A stretch of DNA of 64,000 nt from Ostreococcus lucimarinus. Lineage: Eukaryota. The stretch lies in the NCBI GenBank assembly GCA_000092065.1, contig CP000594.1; one strand, given 5' to 3'. Numbering within the stretch: position 1 is the first letter of the stretch; every line of letters starts with the position of its first letter. The notes under the pieces were generated by a model. It was not told where the DNA came from and made no database searches. It saw only the letters and a program-made list of their open reading frames with translations. Of the stretch, positions 19,184-28,706 are shown piece by piece. A program made the position numbers and the translations under genes.

Positions 19184-19645
19184 TCGCGTGGATGCGCGCG
19201 CGCGCGGACGCGAGCGACGCGAGCGACGCCGCGCGCGACCGCGACCGCGACCGCGCGAGCGCGGCGACGCGGGACGCGGAGATCGACGGGTTTCGACTCA
19301 TTCGCGCCCTCGCGTCGAATTCAACGCTCTCGACCTCGCGCGCGTCGGTCCTCGCGTCGCTCGCGGCCGCGTTCGGCGTGTCCGCGGTCGGCGCGGCGAC
19401 GGTCGTCGCGCGCGCGCGGTCGAGGACGAAGGCGGAGCGGGACCTGCCGCGAGGAACGCACTGGAGGGCGGCGGCGCACGCGGCGCGAGCGCTGGCGGCG
19501 GCGACGAGCGGAACGGCGGCGGCGTGCCTGGGAGCGTACGGCGCGTGTCACGCGCTCGGCGTGCGAAACGTTGAAGATTTGAGAAGAACTCTGCGACGAG
19601 GGACGACGAACGCGCTGGAGGCGGCGCCGGGGGAGTTTGGGAAGG

Positions 19646-20344
19646 ATGTCGTCGGGCGAGGACGATGAGGTGGATTTGAGCGCGCTGGCGACGATTTCGG
19701 AGACGTGTCGCGAGTTTCGACGGTTGCACGAGGCGAGCGATCGAGCGATGGCGGTGATTCCGCGGTGGTACGCGCTGTGCGTGAACGATGCGGCGGTGGA
19801 GCTCGGAGAAGCGGCGACGGCGGCGACGCGAGCGGCGCCGAGCGCGCGACTGGACGCGTTTCTCGAGCGCGGGTTCGCGCACGAGAGCGAGAAGGCGCGC
19901 GCGCCGGAGAAGCTGACGAGCGCGATCGAGGACGTTGGAAGGTGCGTGGCGTTCATGGGCGATGCGGTAACGCGCGCGAACGAGGCGCTGGGAGAGTTTG
20001 TGGAGGCGACGTCGGGGAGGCGGCCGAGCGACGACGGCGACGCGCGTTGGATCGCCGACGTTCCGGTGCCGGTGATGCGCACCGCGTTCAAATGGGGCTC
20101 GGAGGAGGAGTACACCATCGAGCAGTGGCTTTGGATGGCGACATCCGTCGTTGAGCAGCTTGAGCGTGAGTTAGAGACGCGGCGTAAGATTTTAGATTAC
20201 GTGCGCGGCGGCGTCGCGAGCGCTCGAGCCGAGGAATTGGACGGATGCGTCGCCCTCTGGAGCGCGCAGCCGTTCGTAGACGATAGATTGTTCGCCATCG
20301 TGTGCGGTGATTCCGCGGACGCGGACGCCGCCGCGGCATCGTAG
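19646..20344 (+). CDS. Hypothetical protein (232 aa from the first ATG)
   Basis: The track ORF 19637 starts at TTG. The first ATG is at 19646. Composition is non-repetitive and no domain is recognised. An upstream ATG ORF 19192..19668 in another frame overlaps it (see findings). Confidence 0.4.
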   Translation: MSSGEDDEVDLSALATISETCREFRRLHEASDRAMAVIPRWYALCVNDAAVELGEAATAATRAAPSARLDAFLERGFAHESEKARAPEKLTSAIEDVGRCVAFMGDAVTRANEALGEFVEATSGRRPSDDGDARWIADVPVPVMRTAFKWGSEEEYTIEQWLWMATSVVEQLERELETRRKILDYVRGGVASARAEELDGCVALWSAQPFVDDRLFAIVCGDSADADAAAAS

Positions 20345-20433
20345 TGTTTGTTGTATTCAATGTATGTACAAGTATCAATTGATTCTAAATCGTTCCGTCG
20401 GCTATAATTCGTTCTAAAAAAAGACGCGCATCG

Positions 20434-22843
20434 TCAAGCGCCCGACGATCGTCGCGATCGACCCCAGGTATTTTGCGTTCCTTGCGTTGAAGTGTTTTGC
20501 GTCCCGCGCGTGCCGCGTCGAGATGGAGCGATTATTTCATCCACATCGTCGCCGCTATCATCACCCGCCGCGGCTCGACCGCGCGTCGCCTTTGCTCGTC
20601 CCGTCGGCGGTTTCGCCGCCGGCTTGGTCTTCTTCGTCGCCGGCTTGGTCGCCGCGGCGCGCTTTCGACCTCGCGCAGGCGGTGATGCGTCAATGACTTC
20701 GTCGTCATCCGATGCCTCGATGACCTCGTCGTCGACGATAAAAGAATCGTCCGAATCGCTCGGCGCGTCGTCTCGCACGACTGGCTTCTTTGCGGCGTTT
20801 CGTTTGACGCGCGTCGAAGCGATGGCCGCCGCGCGAGAAGGTCGCGTCGACTTTTCCACTGGTGCGCTCAAAGGAATGACGTCAGCGTCAGAATCTTCGA
20901 TTTCGTCGTCAGAATCATCGTCCACGCGCGGAGGCTCGGGCGTCGGCGGTTTGGCTGACGCGCGACGCTGCGTCCGTTGCTTCTTTTGCGTCGCCGGTTG
21001 CGTCGGCGCGGCGTCTTCCACCGTCGCCGTGGGTGCGGCGTCATCATTTTCCACCGCTACCGTGCTCACTCGCGCGCGCTTTTTGGACGTCTTTGGTGGC
21101 GGCGGCGCCGTGTTTTCATCCATGACTGGTTTATGCTTGCTAGGTTTGTTTAACTGCACCTTCACGGCTTCGTAAATCTTCGAAGTCAATCGATCGACGT
21201 CGTCGGTGTTTTCTTGATCATCCGCATTCACCGATGTTTGCACCGCCTTTAAGCGCGTTTGACAAAGCTTGGAAATCGCCGCCTTTTCGTCGCGATTGAC
21301 GAAATCGTCGAGCGCGGCGGAGAGATCGTTAGGTGTGAGAAGTTGTAAACCGTCGCTCGTCGACAAGTGTTCGCGCACGAGTCGATCGATTCGTCGTTGA
21401 TTCTCGAGCATGCCATCGGCGAGGGCGTCTTCCTCCTCCAACGCCGCCGCCTCCTCATCGATCATGTCTTCATCCACGTCCACGCCATCGCGACGTTGCT
21501 TCTTTTGAGATTTATGAAAGAGCAAAACATCGTGCGGATTCGCCACCTTGCCGACAAACTTTTGACCGAAGCGCTGCGGATTGATGGTGCTAAAGCCGCC
21601 CGAGTAATCCACGCGCAGACGAATCAAAGGCAAATTCAAGCGGTCGAGCATGTCGACATCGTCTCTCCCATTTTTCGCGTGTCGTTCTCTATGCTTGCGC
21701 CCCGCCCGGACTATCATGGCGTTCACGCGGTTCTCCAGATACGTCGCCACGCCTTGGGCATCCGCGCCTTCGAGCTCGGGCGTGTTCGCCAACGTCATTT
21801 GCTCAAACTCGAACGGTCGCGTCGTTCGCAAGGTGATGGGCGTCGTGCGCCAGAATGGCGCGCTATTCGGATTCTCCGGATCACTTCGCACTTCGAGCAC
21901 GCAAATCTTCTTCTCCTTCGCCTCGCCTTCAATCAAAGACGTCACCACGCTCGATCCCGGTTGCGACACGTGAAATCCCTGCGCGCTCTCGGTTGGCTCC
22001 ACTAAACACTCGTGCTCGTGCCCCCAAACGACGTAATCCAACCAACTCGGCAAGTAACGATCGGAAATCGCATTCTTCGAATGCGCGGCTCGATTTTGAT
22101 GAATCAACATCACGTTAAACCACGAACTCGACGAGCAATCCTCCGTCTCCGCCGGTCGATGCCATCGCACGCATCCCTTGACGCTAAACATTTGATGTAA
22201 ACGATTATCGCGAATGTATCCCAACCCGTACAGCGCCACCTTAGTCTGTCCTTTACGTAACAATACCGGCTTCAAGTCCACGCGACCGGCTCCCCCCCCA
22301 CCGAGCGCGTGCTTGCCGAAATAATTCACCAATCCCGCGCTCGCGAGCACGTCCATCGCGCTCAAATTCGCCTCCCCCGCGGGATCGTCGTGATTCCCGT
22401 GTATGCTAAACACCGGCAACGACACGTTACAATTCGGATCCTCATAATTCGCCATGCCTGATTTTCCCGCATCCGCGCCGTCAGTCATCGTTTCGACCTC
22501 GTCTTCGCCTCGCTTCGCGCGCACCTCGACTCGGAAAGTTTTCCTTCCCATCGCTCAAAACTTCAATCTCGATCCCTTTATTCCCTCGCGTCGCCTCCCG
22601 CAGCGCGTCCATGCACCGCACCAGCGTCTCTCGGCTCGGTTTATTCACGTCGAACACGTCTCCCGCGAGAAACACGCAATCACAGAGTTGTTTTCTCGCG
22701 TGATCGAAGATTTCTTCAAACGCTAAAAACGCGTCATCTTTTCGAATCGGATCGCGCTCGTGCGCGCCCAGGTGCGTGTCCGTGGCGATGAGCACGCGCA
22801 GCGTGTTCGCATCGGGCGGTTTCACCCCCGCGGCCGGTCGCAT
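20434..22843 (-). CDS. MRE11: Double-strand-break repair nuclease MRE11 (780 aa). Exons 22843..22525 and 22457..20434.
   Basis: Exon 1 (ORF 22481..22843) carries phosphoesterase motifs I-II (LRVLIATDTHLG, DCVFLAGDVFDVNKPS). Exon 2 (ORF 20434..22551) continues with ..[23 protein letters not shown].., GHEHEC and the rest. The two are joined by a 67-nt intron at 22458..22524 with minus-strand donor GTGCGC, branch ACTGAC and acceptor CAG. Phase is consistent, total 2343 nt. Start ATG verified at 22841-22843. Confidence 0.9.
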
Positions 22844-23608
22844 CGCTCGCGGCGACGTGTGCGGACGCGATTCGTTTCGTTTTGAATCAGCCTCGTCAGA
22901 CGGTTACCGAGGTTTCGCGCGTTTCGCGCCTTCGCGATCGAATCCACGCCGCGCGCGCGTCGCGCGCGCGATTTTCGCGCCGAGTAAAGCACACGCGAGT
23001 GAATGTTAATGTCACAACGTCACGGTACGGCGCCGAATCGCGGTCGCGAAGCCGCCGAATCGCGCGTCGCCGCGAATCGCCGTCGCGATTCGCCGCGAAT
23101 CTCGAGCTCACGCCCGCGCGCCCGCGCCCGCGCGCGGTGAATTCCCCTGCGAGTGCGCGCTCACCACCGCGGGACTCGCGAATCCGTCGCCCGCCGTCGC
23201 GCCGCTCGAGATTACATCCAAATCCGCGCGCAATCGCTCGTTCACCTCGTCGAACTGCGACCGCACCGACGCCTTCCCGTCCGCCGACGCGCGAAACGCC
23301 TCGTACGCGCGCGTCCAATCGTCCCGCGCGTCCGTCGCGCGACGCGGCGACCCGATCGGCGCGACGAGCTCCGTCGTCGCGCCGTCGTCGTCGTCGTCGG
23401 TCGATTTTCGCGCGTCGCCGCGGCACCGCGCCGGTTCGCACGACGCGCACGGATCGAACGCCACGCGCTCGCGCACCGCGGCGACGAGTCGCGTCGCGGT
23501 GAGCTCGGAGTCGCGCAGCACGCGGTGCGGCGCGGACATGGCGCGTCGCGGTGCGACGATTCGCGTCACTGCGCGACGGGGACGCGTTGCGTTCGATTCG
23601 TCGCGACC

Positions 23609-24790
23609 ATGTTCGAGTTCTTCTTTCGCGCGCCTCGCGCGAGGGGACGGCCGGGACGGCGCGCGTGGGCTTCGGCGTGGACGACGGCGATCGGCGCGTG
23701 CGCGTGCGCGCTCGCGTGGCGCGCGACGCGCGACGCGAGGGCGTTCGATGGGGCGAAACGATGGTTCGACCGGTCGAGTTTGAAGGCGTCGACGCGCGCG
23801 CGAGGCGACGAGGACGCGGAGACGGCGCTGCGAGCGGAGATGGCGCGCGTGGACGCCGTGACGAACGAATTGACGACGCCGGGCGTGGCGGAGGGCGTGC
23901 GAAGGGCGACGCGGGCGGCGACGCGGGGCGACGGGACGCGGGACGTCGGGACGGCGCGAAGGCCGAGCGAGGCGCTGGCGGAGGCGTGCGCGACGCTCGC
24001 GGCGACGTCGGCGTGCGCGCTGCTCGTGAAGACAGCGATGAATTTGATCGGACGACGAGGGTTTCTGGATCGCGAGCGGCGGGAGGGGGGGGACACGCTG
24101 GACGACGCGTCGAGGGCGGCGTTTTTGAGCGCGACGACGACGGATTTCGCGCGTCGCGGCGTGGGAGAGTTGGCGGCGATCGCGCGGGCGATCGTGGAGC
24201 GGGAGTTGCGAGAGTTTAACGATGGGAGGGAGGAGGACGAGGCGTCGGCGTCGTGGACGCGCGAGGACGCGATAGATTTCATGCGCAGGTGTCGGGAGAC
24301 GTTGAGTCGCGCGTTGTTGGTGCCGTCGGACGTGTTCAGCGATCCAAAGGCTTTGCCGTTCGAGCGTAAAAATAGACTGCACGTGAAAGCGCCGCGGTCG
24401 TTCCCGTCGTGGGAGTCCATGCTGTTGCCGCCGAAGAATCCAGATTTCGACGCCGCGCTCGGGGCGCCGTCGAGCGGCGCCGAATCGCTCGCCGAGCGCG
24501 AACGGCAGGTTTCGAATTTGAAAGACATCATGAACGAAACGCGATTGGTGATTCGATCGCCGCATTTCGTGGTGGCGCTGAACGACGCCATGCACGCGGC
24601 GTGGGCTTCGCACGCCGACGCGATGCCTCAAAAGTTTTTCGGCGCGACGCGCGCGGCGCGACTCAGCCTGGCGCGCGCGGCGCTCGTCGTCGAGGCGACG
24701 GCGGATAGAATCGCGTCCGATCCCGACGGTCTCTTGGCTTCGATTGCGAATGAATCGGGGGTTACGTACTTCGGCAACTCGATATGGTAG
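23609..24790 (+). CDS. Hypothetical protein (393 aa) with an N-terminal hydrophobic segment
   Basis: First ATG at 23609 (MFEFFFRAP..AWASAWTTAIGACACALAW). The track ORF from 23153 has no ATG upstream. Composition is better than the overlapping antisense ORFs. No domain recognised. Confidence 0.45.
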   Translation: MFEFFFRAPRARGRPGRRAWASAWTTAIGACACALAWRATRDARAFDGAKRWFDRSSLKASTRARGDEDAETALRAEMARVDAVTNELTTPGVAEGVRRATRAATRGDGTRDVGTARRPSEALAEACATLAATSACALLVKTAMNLIGRRGFLDRERREGGDTLDDASRAAFLSATTTDFARRGVGELAAIARAIVERELREFNDGREEDEASASWTREDAIDFMRRCRETLSRALLVPSDVFSDPKALPFERKNRLHVKAPRSFPSWESMLLPPKNPDFDAALGAPSSGAESLAERERQVSNLKDIMNETRLVIRSPHFVVALNDAMHAAWASHADAMPQKFFGATRAARLSLARAALVVEATADRIASDPDGLLASIANESGVTYFGNSIW

Positions 24791-24918
24791 AAGCGCGCCA
24801 TGAGAAGCGAGACGCGTTGTATTTAAAGAAAATGAAAGAAATAACAATAACGGTTGCAACAAATAACCGCGCCACGCGAGCGAAACGACCGCACGCGCGC
24901 GCTTAAGAATCAACATAA

Positions 24919-26037
24919 CTAATCATCGGTCGCGAGCTTGGCGGCGAACTTCCTGCCTTCGTCCGATCGCAGCCAAGACGCGATGTCTCGCTTTCCGCAC
25001 TCGTACATGTCCCACAATTCGGCGTCGTCCAAGGGGATGAACGTCGCGTACCTCGGCTTGGGCTCGCTCGGAATGATCGTAGCGTCCCAATCGGTCTTAT
25101 CCTCGGGATCTAATCCAACGCGCAACGTCGCCGGGCTCAGCGACGCGAGATTATTGCACACGCCGCCGTCGACGCAAACCATGCCCTTGTGCAAGCACAC
25201 GCCCGGAAACGTCCACGTCGGTATGTACGTCGACGCGATCACGGCGTCGATCAAATCGTCTCGCGTGTCGTACTCGGTGAGAATCACGTTGTGCGGCAGC
25301 GGTAACAACGACGTGACCGAGATGAAACACCTCCCCGTGCATCGTTCGTGCGCGTCCGCCGGCAAGACGTCGTCGAGCAAAAATCGGCACTTACTCCCCA
25401 CCGTGGTCAAATTCTCCATCCACGAATCTCGGTGCAGCGCGGCTATTTCCGGTATGTGCGCCCACACCACGTCGGGATCGACCCCGCACGCCGCGATCGC
25501 CGCCATGATCGACCCCACGCTCGATCCCGACCACCGCGCCTTCTCCAGCGCCTTCGCCCCGAACCTCTCGTACAATCCGTGGTACACCCCCAAGTGATAC
25601 CACGTTCGAAATCCCCCCCCGCACATCGCCACGCTCGCGTGTCCGTCGTGCACGACCGGCGTTCGCCGCCGTCCTCGTCGCGCGCCCGCGTCGCCGTGGT
25701 GCCTCCGCCTCGGCTTCCACATCGGCTTCCGCGCCGCCTCCCAAAACGCGATCCACGCCGCGATCCACGCCGCCTGCGCCAGCGCCGCCGGCGCGCCGTA
25801 CGCCACGCGCATCGCCACCACCAACCGTCCCTTCCCCGTCTCCAGGTACATCGGGTTTCGCTTCGCGTGAAACACCCCGTGCGCGAGCGCGTTCGCCGCG
25901 TACAGCGCCGCCGCGACGACGAGCATCCATCGCCACTCCTCCCGCGTCAGCGCCGCCCCCTCGAGCGCGCGCGCCAGCGTCGTCGCGCGCGCCATCCCGC
26001 TCGACGTCCGCACGCCGCGCGCGTGTGCGGCATCCAT
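24919..26037 (-). CDS. Patatin-like phospholipase (372 aa)
   Basis: ATG verified at 26035-26037 on the complement. Oxyanion-hole CGGGFRTW, nucleophile elbow GSSVGS (GxSxG) and catalytic-Asp motif VDGGVCNN. The ORF upstream of this ATG is Arg-rich junk. Confidence 0.8.
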   Translation of the reverse strand: MDAAHARGVRTSSGMARATTLARALEGAALTREEWRWMLVVAAALYAANALAHGVFHAKRNPMYLETGKGRLVVAMRVAYGAPAALAQAAWIAAWIAFWEAARKPMWKPRRRHHGDAGARRGRRRTPVVHDGHASVAMCGGGFRTWYHLGVYHGLYERFGAKALEKARWSGSSVGSIMAAIAACGVDPDVVWAHIPEIAALHRDSWMENLTTVGSKCRFLLDDVLPADAHERCTGRCFISVTSLLPLPHNVILTEYDTRDDLIDAVIASTYIPTWTFPGVCLHKGMVCVDGGVCNNLASLSPATLRVGLDPEDKTDWDATIIPSEPKPRYATFIPLDDAELWDMYECGKRDIASWLRSDEGRKFAAKLATDD

Positions 26038-26050
26038 CGCGCGTCGATCG

Positions 26051-26233
26051 ATACACCGATCGACGCACCGATCGACGCACCGATCGATCGCTATTTTGAT
26101 CCAACCTCGCCTCGAGCGTCGATCGTTTTTCGCGGCTCGATCGATCGGTCGGTCGCCGCGCTCGATCGACGTCTCGCGATCGACGTCGCGATCTCGTCGA
26201 ACCTCGGCGCGAGGTTGGATAAAAATAGCGATC
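26051..26233. repeat. 12-bp tandem repeat (ccgatcgacgca x3.5) followed by a 25-bp inverted repeat with a 98-bp spacer
   Basis: Tandem run 26051-26092. Inverted arms gatcgctattttgatccaacctcgc (26086..26110) and gcgaggttggataaaaatagcgatc (26209..26233) are reverse complements with one mismatch. The region is rich in CGATCG palindromes. It lies between divergent start codons at 26037 and 26366. Confidence 0.8.
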
Positions 26234-26365
26234 GGCGCGTCGATCGACGCGCGAACGAGTGGCTGAGATTCATTCGCCCGGTCGTTATCCGATCGCGAAT
26301 CGCGACGCGACGCGGCACACCGCGACGCGGACGCGCGACGTGGACGCGCGACGCGAGAGGCGTGC

Positions 26366-28195
26366 ATGGGAGCGTTGACGACGCGCGCGGCGCCTCGAAC
26401 GACGACGACGACGACGACGACGCGCGCGCGGTCGACGAGGACGCGAAAGACGGCGAAGACATTCGGGACGATCGCGCGAGGGACGACGACGACGCGACGC
26501 GCGAGCGCGGCGGGAGGGATGGTGACGGTGCGCGAGGTGCCGACGACGCCGATCGAGGGGCAGAAGACGGGCACGAGCGGACTGCGGAAGAAGGCGGCGG
26601 TGTTCAGCGAGGGGAACTATTTGGCGAACTGGGTGCAGGCGCTGTTCGGCGCGCTGCCGAGGCGCGAGGTCGAGGGGAGCGCGATGGTGCTGGGAGGGGA
26701 CGGACGATGGTTTAATAAGGAGGCGAGTCAAATAATTTTGAAACTGGCGGCGGGGAACGGGGTGAAGAAGATGTACGTCGGGAGGGATGGGTACTTGTGC
26801 ACGCCGGCGGCGAGCGCGGTGATTCGCGAACGCGGGGCGTACGGGGGATTCATCATGAGCGCGTCGCACAATCCGGGCGGGCCGAAGGAAGACTGGGGGA
26901 TCAAGTTTAATTACAGCTCGGGCGAACCGGCGCCGGAGAAGATCACGGATGCGATTTACGGGTTCACGCAAACCGTGGACACGTTGAAGATGGCGGACAT
27001 CCCGGACGTCGACTTGAGCGTGTGCGGCGTCACCAAGTTTGGTGACTTTGAGGTCGAAGTCATCGATCCGGTGGCCGATTACTTGAAGCTTCTCAAGCGA
27101 GTCTTCGACTTTGATCTCATCAAGTCGTTGTTGACGCGCCCGGATTTCAAGATGCAATTCGACGCCATGCACGCCATCACGGGCGCGTACGCCAAGCCCA
27201 TCTTTGTCGATGAACTCGGTGCGTCGCCAGACTCGTGCGTGAACGCCGTGCCGAAGGAAGACTTCGCGGGCGGTCATCCGGACCCGAACTTGACGTACGC
27301 CGAAGAGCTCGTCAAGGTGATGTTCTCCGCCGACGCGCCGGATTTCGGCGCCGCGTCCGACGGCGACGGCGATCGCAACATGATTCTCGGTAACAACTTC
27401 TTCGTGACCCCGAGCGATTCCGTCGCTATCATCGCCGCTAACGCGGTCGAGTGCATCCCGTACTTCAAGTCTGGTTTGAAGGGTTTGGCGCGCTCCATGC
27501 CCACCGCCGCCGCGCTCGATCGCGTCGCCGCGGGTCTCGGCGTCGAGTGCTTTGAAACCCCCACTGGGTGGAAGTTTTTCGGCAACTTGATGGACGCTGG
27601 TCGCTTGTCGGTGTGCGGTGAAGAATCCTTCGGTACCGGCGCCGATCACGTGCGCGAAAAGGACGGTCCCTGGGCCGTTCTCGCGTGGTTGTCCATCTTG
27701 GCGTACCGCAACAAGGACGTGCCGGTGGGCGGCAAAAAGGTGAGCGTCGAGCAAATCACCAAGGAACACTGGGCCAAGTACGGTCGCAACTTCTTCTCTC
27801 GTTACGATTACGAAGGCTGTGAGTCCGACCCGTGCAACGCCATGGTCGAGTCGCTCCGTGCCAAGGCTGCCGCCTCAAAGAAGGGCGACAAGTACGGCGA
27901 CTACGAGTTGGACTACGCCGACGACTTCGAGTACACCGATCCCATCGACGGTTCCGTGTCCAAGAATCAAGGCGTCCGCTTCGTCTTCACCGATGGTTCT
28001 CGTTTCATCTTCCGCCTGTCTGGCACCGGTTCTTCCGGCGCCACCGTGCGCATGTACATTGAGCAATACGAAGCCGATCCCGCCAAGCAGGGCGCCGACG
28101 CCCAAGTCGCCTTGGCGCCTTTGATCAAGATTGCTCTCGAGACCAGCGAGCTCGCCAAGTTCACCGGTCGCGAGTCCCCGACCGTGATCACGTAA
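26366..28195 (+). CDS. PGM: Phosphoglucomutase (alpha-D-phosphohexomutase), plastid-targeted form
   Basis: ATG at 26366. Ser/Thr/Arg-rich N-terminal extension, then canonical PGM start [23 protein letters not shown]. Active-site SASHNPGGP, metal loop DGDGDRNMI and GEESFGTG. Confidence 0.93.
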   Translation: MGALTTRAAPRTTTTTTTTRARSTRTRKTAKTFGTIARGTTTTRRASAAGGMVTVREVPTTPIEGQKTGTSGLRKKAAVFSEGNYLANWVQALFGALPRREVEGSAMVLGGDGRWFNKEASQIILKLAAGNGVKKMYVGRDGYLCTPAASAVIRERGAYGGFIMSASHNPGGPKEDWGIKFNYSSGEPAPEKITDAIYGFTQTVDTLKMADIPDVDLSVCGVTKFGDFEVEVIDPVADYLKLLKRVFDFDLIKSLLTRPDFKMQFDAMHAITGAYAKPIFVDELGASPDSCVNAVPKEDFAGGHPDPNLTYAEELVKVMFSADAPDFGAASDGDGDRNMILGNNFFVTPSDSVAIIAANAVECIPYFKSGLKGLARSMPTAAALDRVAAGLGVECFETPTGWKFFGNLMDAGRLSVCGEESFGTGADHVREKDGPWAVLAWLSILAYRNKDVPVGGKKVSVEQITKEHWAKYGRNFFSRYDYEGCESDPCNAMVESLRAKAAASKKGDKYGDYELDYADDFEYTDPIDGSVSKNQGVRFVFTDGSRFIFRLSGTGSSGATVRMYIEQYEADPAKQGADAQVALAPLIKIALETSELAKFTGRESPTVIT

Positions 28196-28367
28196 TTCTT
28201 CATTCTCTCATGCTTTTACGCGCGCGCGACTGTTTTAATCAAACTCAAAGTCGTCGTCGACTCTTTCTCCGTCGCGCGTTGACTCTGAGAGTCGACGTCT
28301 CGTTCTCAAACCTAATCTATCGTTACAATCTACCCTTCGCGCCGCACGCCGCGCACAAGAGACGCGT

Positions 28368-28553
28368 TTATTCTCTCCCCACCGCCTCGCTCTCGCGTCT
28401 GAGCTCTCGCACGACCGCGGCGAGCGCCTCTGGATTCACCCCACGTTCGATCAGCGCGATCAAAACCGCGAGTTGTTCGCGATCAACGCCGCAATCGAGC
28501 AGCTTCGCGACGTCGTACGCGTTATCGAGCGTTTCTCGAGCGGCGTCCGCCAT
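28368..28553 (-). CDS. MZT1: Mitotic-spindle organizing protein 1 (MOZART1), 61 aa
   Basis: ATG verified at 28551-28553 on the complement. RETLDNAYDVAKLLDCGVDREQLAVLIALIERGVNPEALAAVVRELRRE aligns motif-for-motif with MZT1, a subunit of the gamma-tubulin ring complex. Confidence 0.7.
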   Translation of the reverse strand: MADAARETLDNAYDVAKLLDCGVDREQLAVLIALIERGVNPEALAAVVRELRRESEAVGRE

Positions 28554-28706
28554 TTCGCCGCGGACGCTCGAGCGCGCGCGGTGTGACGCGAGCGCAGGAA
28601 GTCGAGAAGCTCAGCAACTGTCACATTTTCAAACGCGGCGCGACGCGGCGATGGATGATTGACTAACGATTGGCTTATATTACAAGTGGTGATTTTACTA
28701 GAGCTC

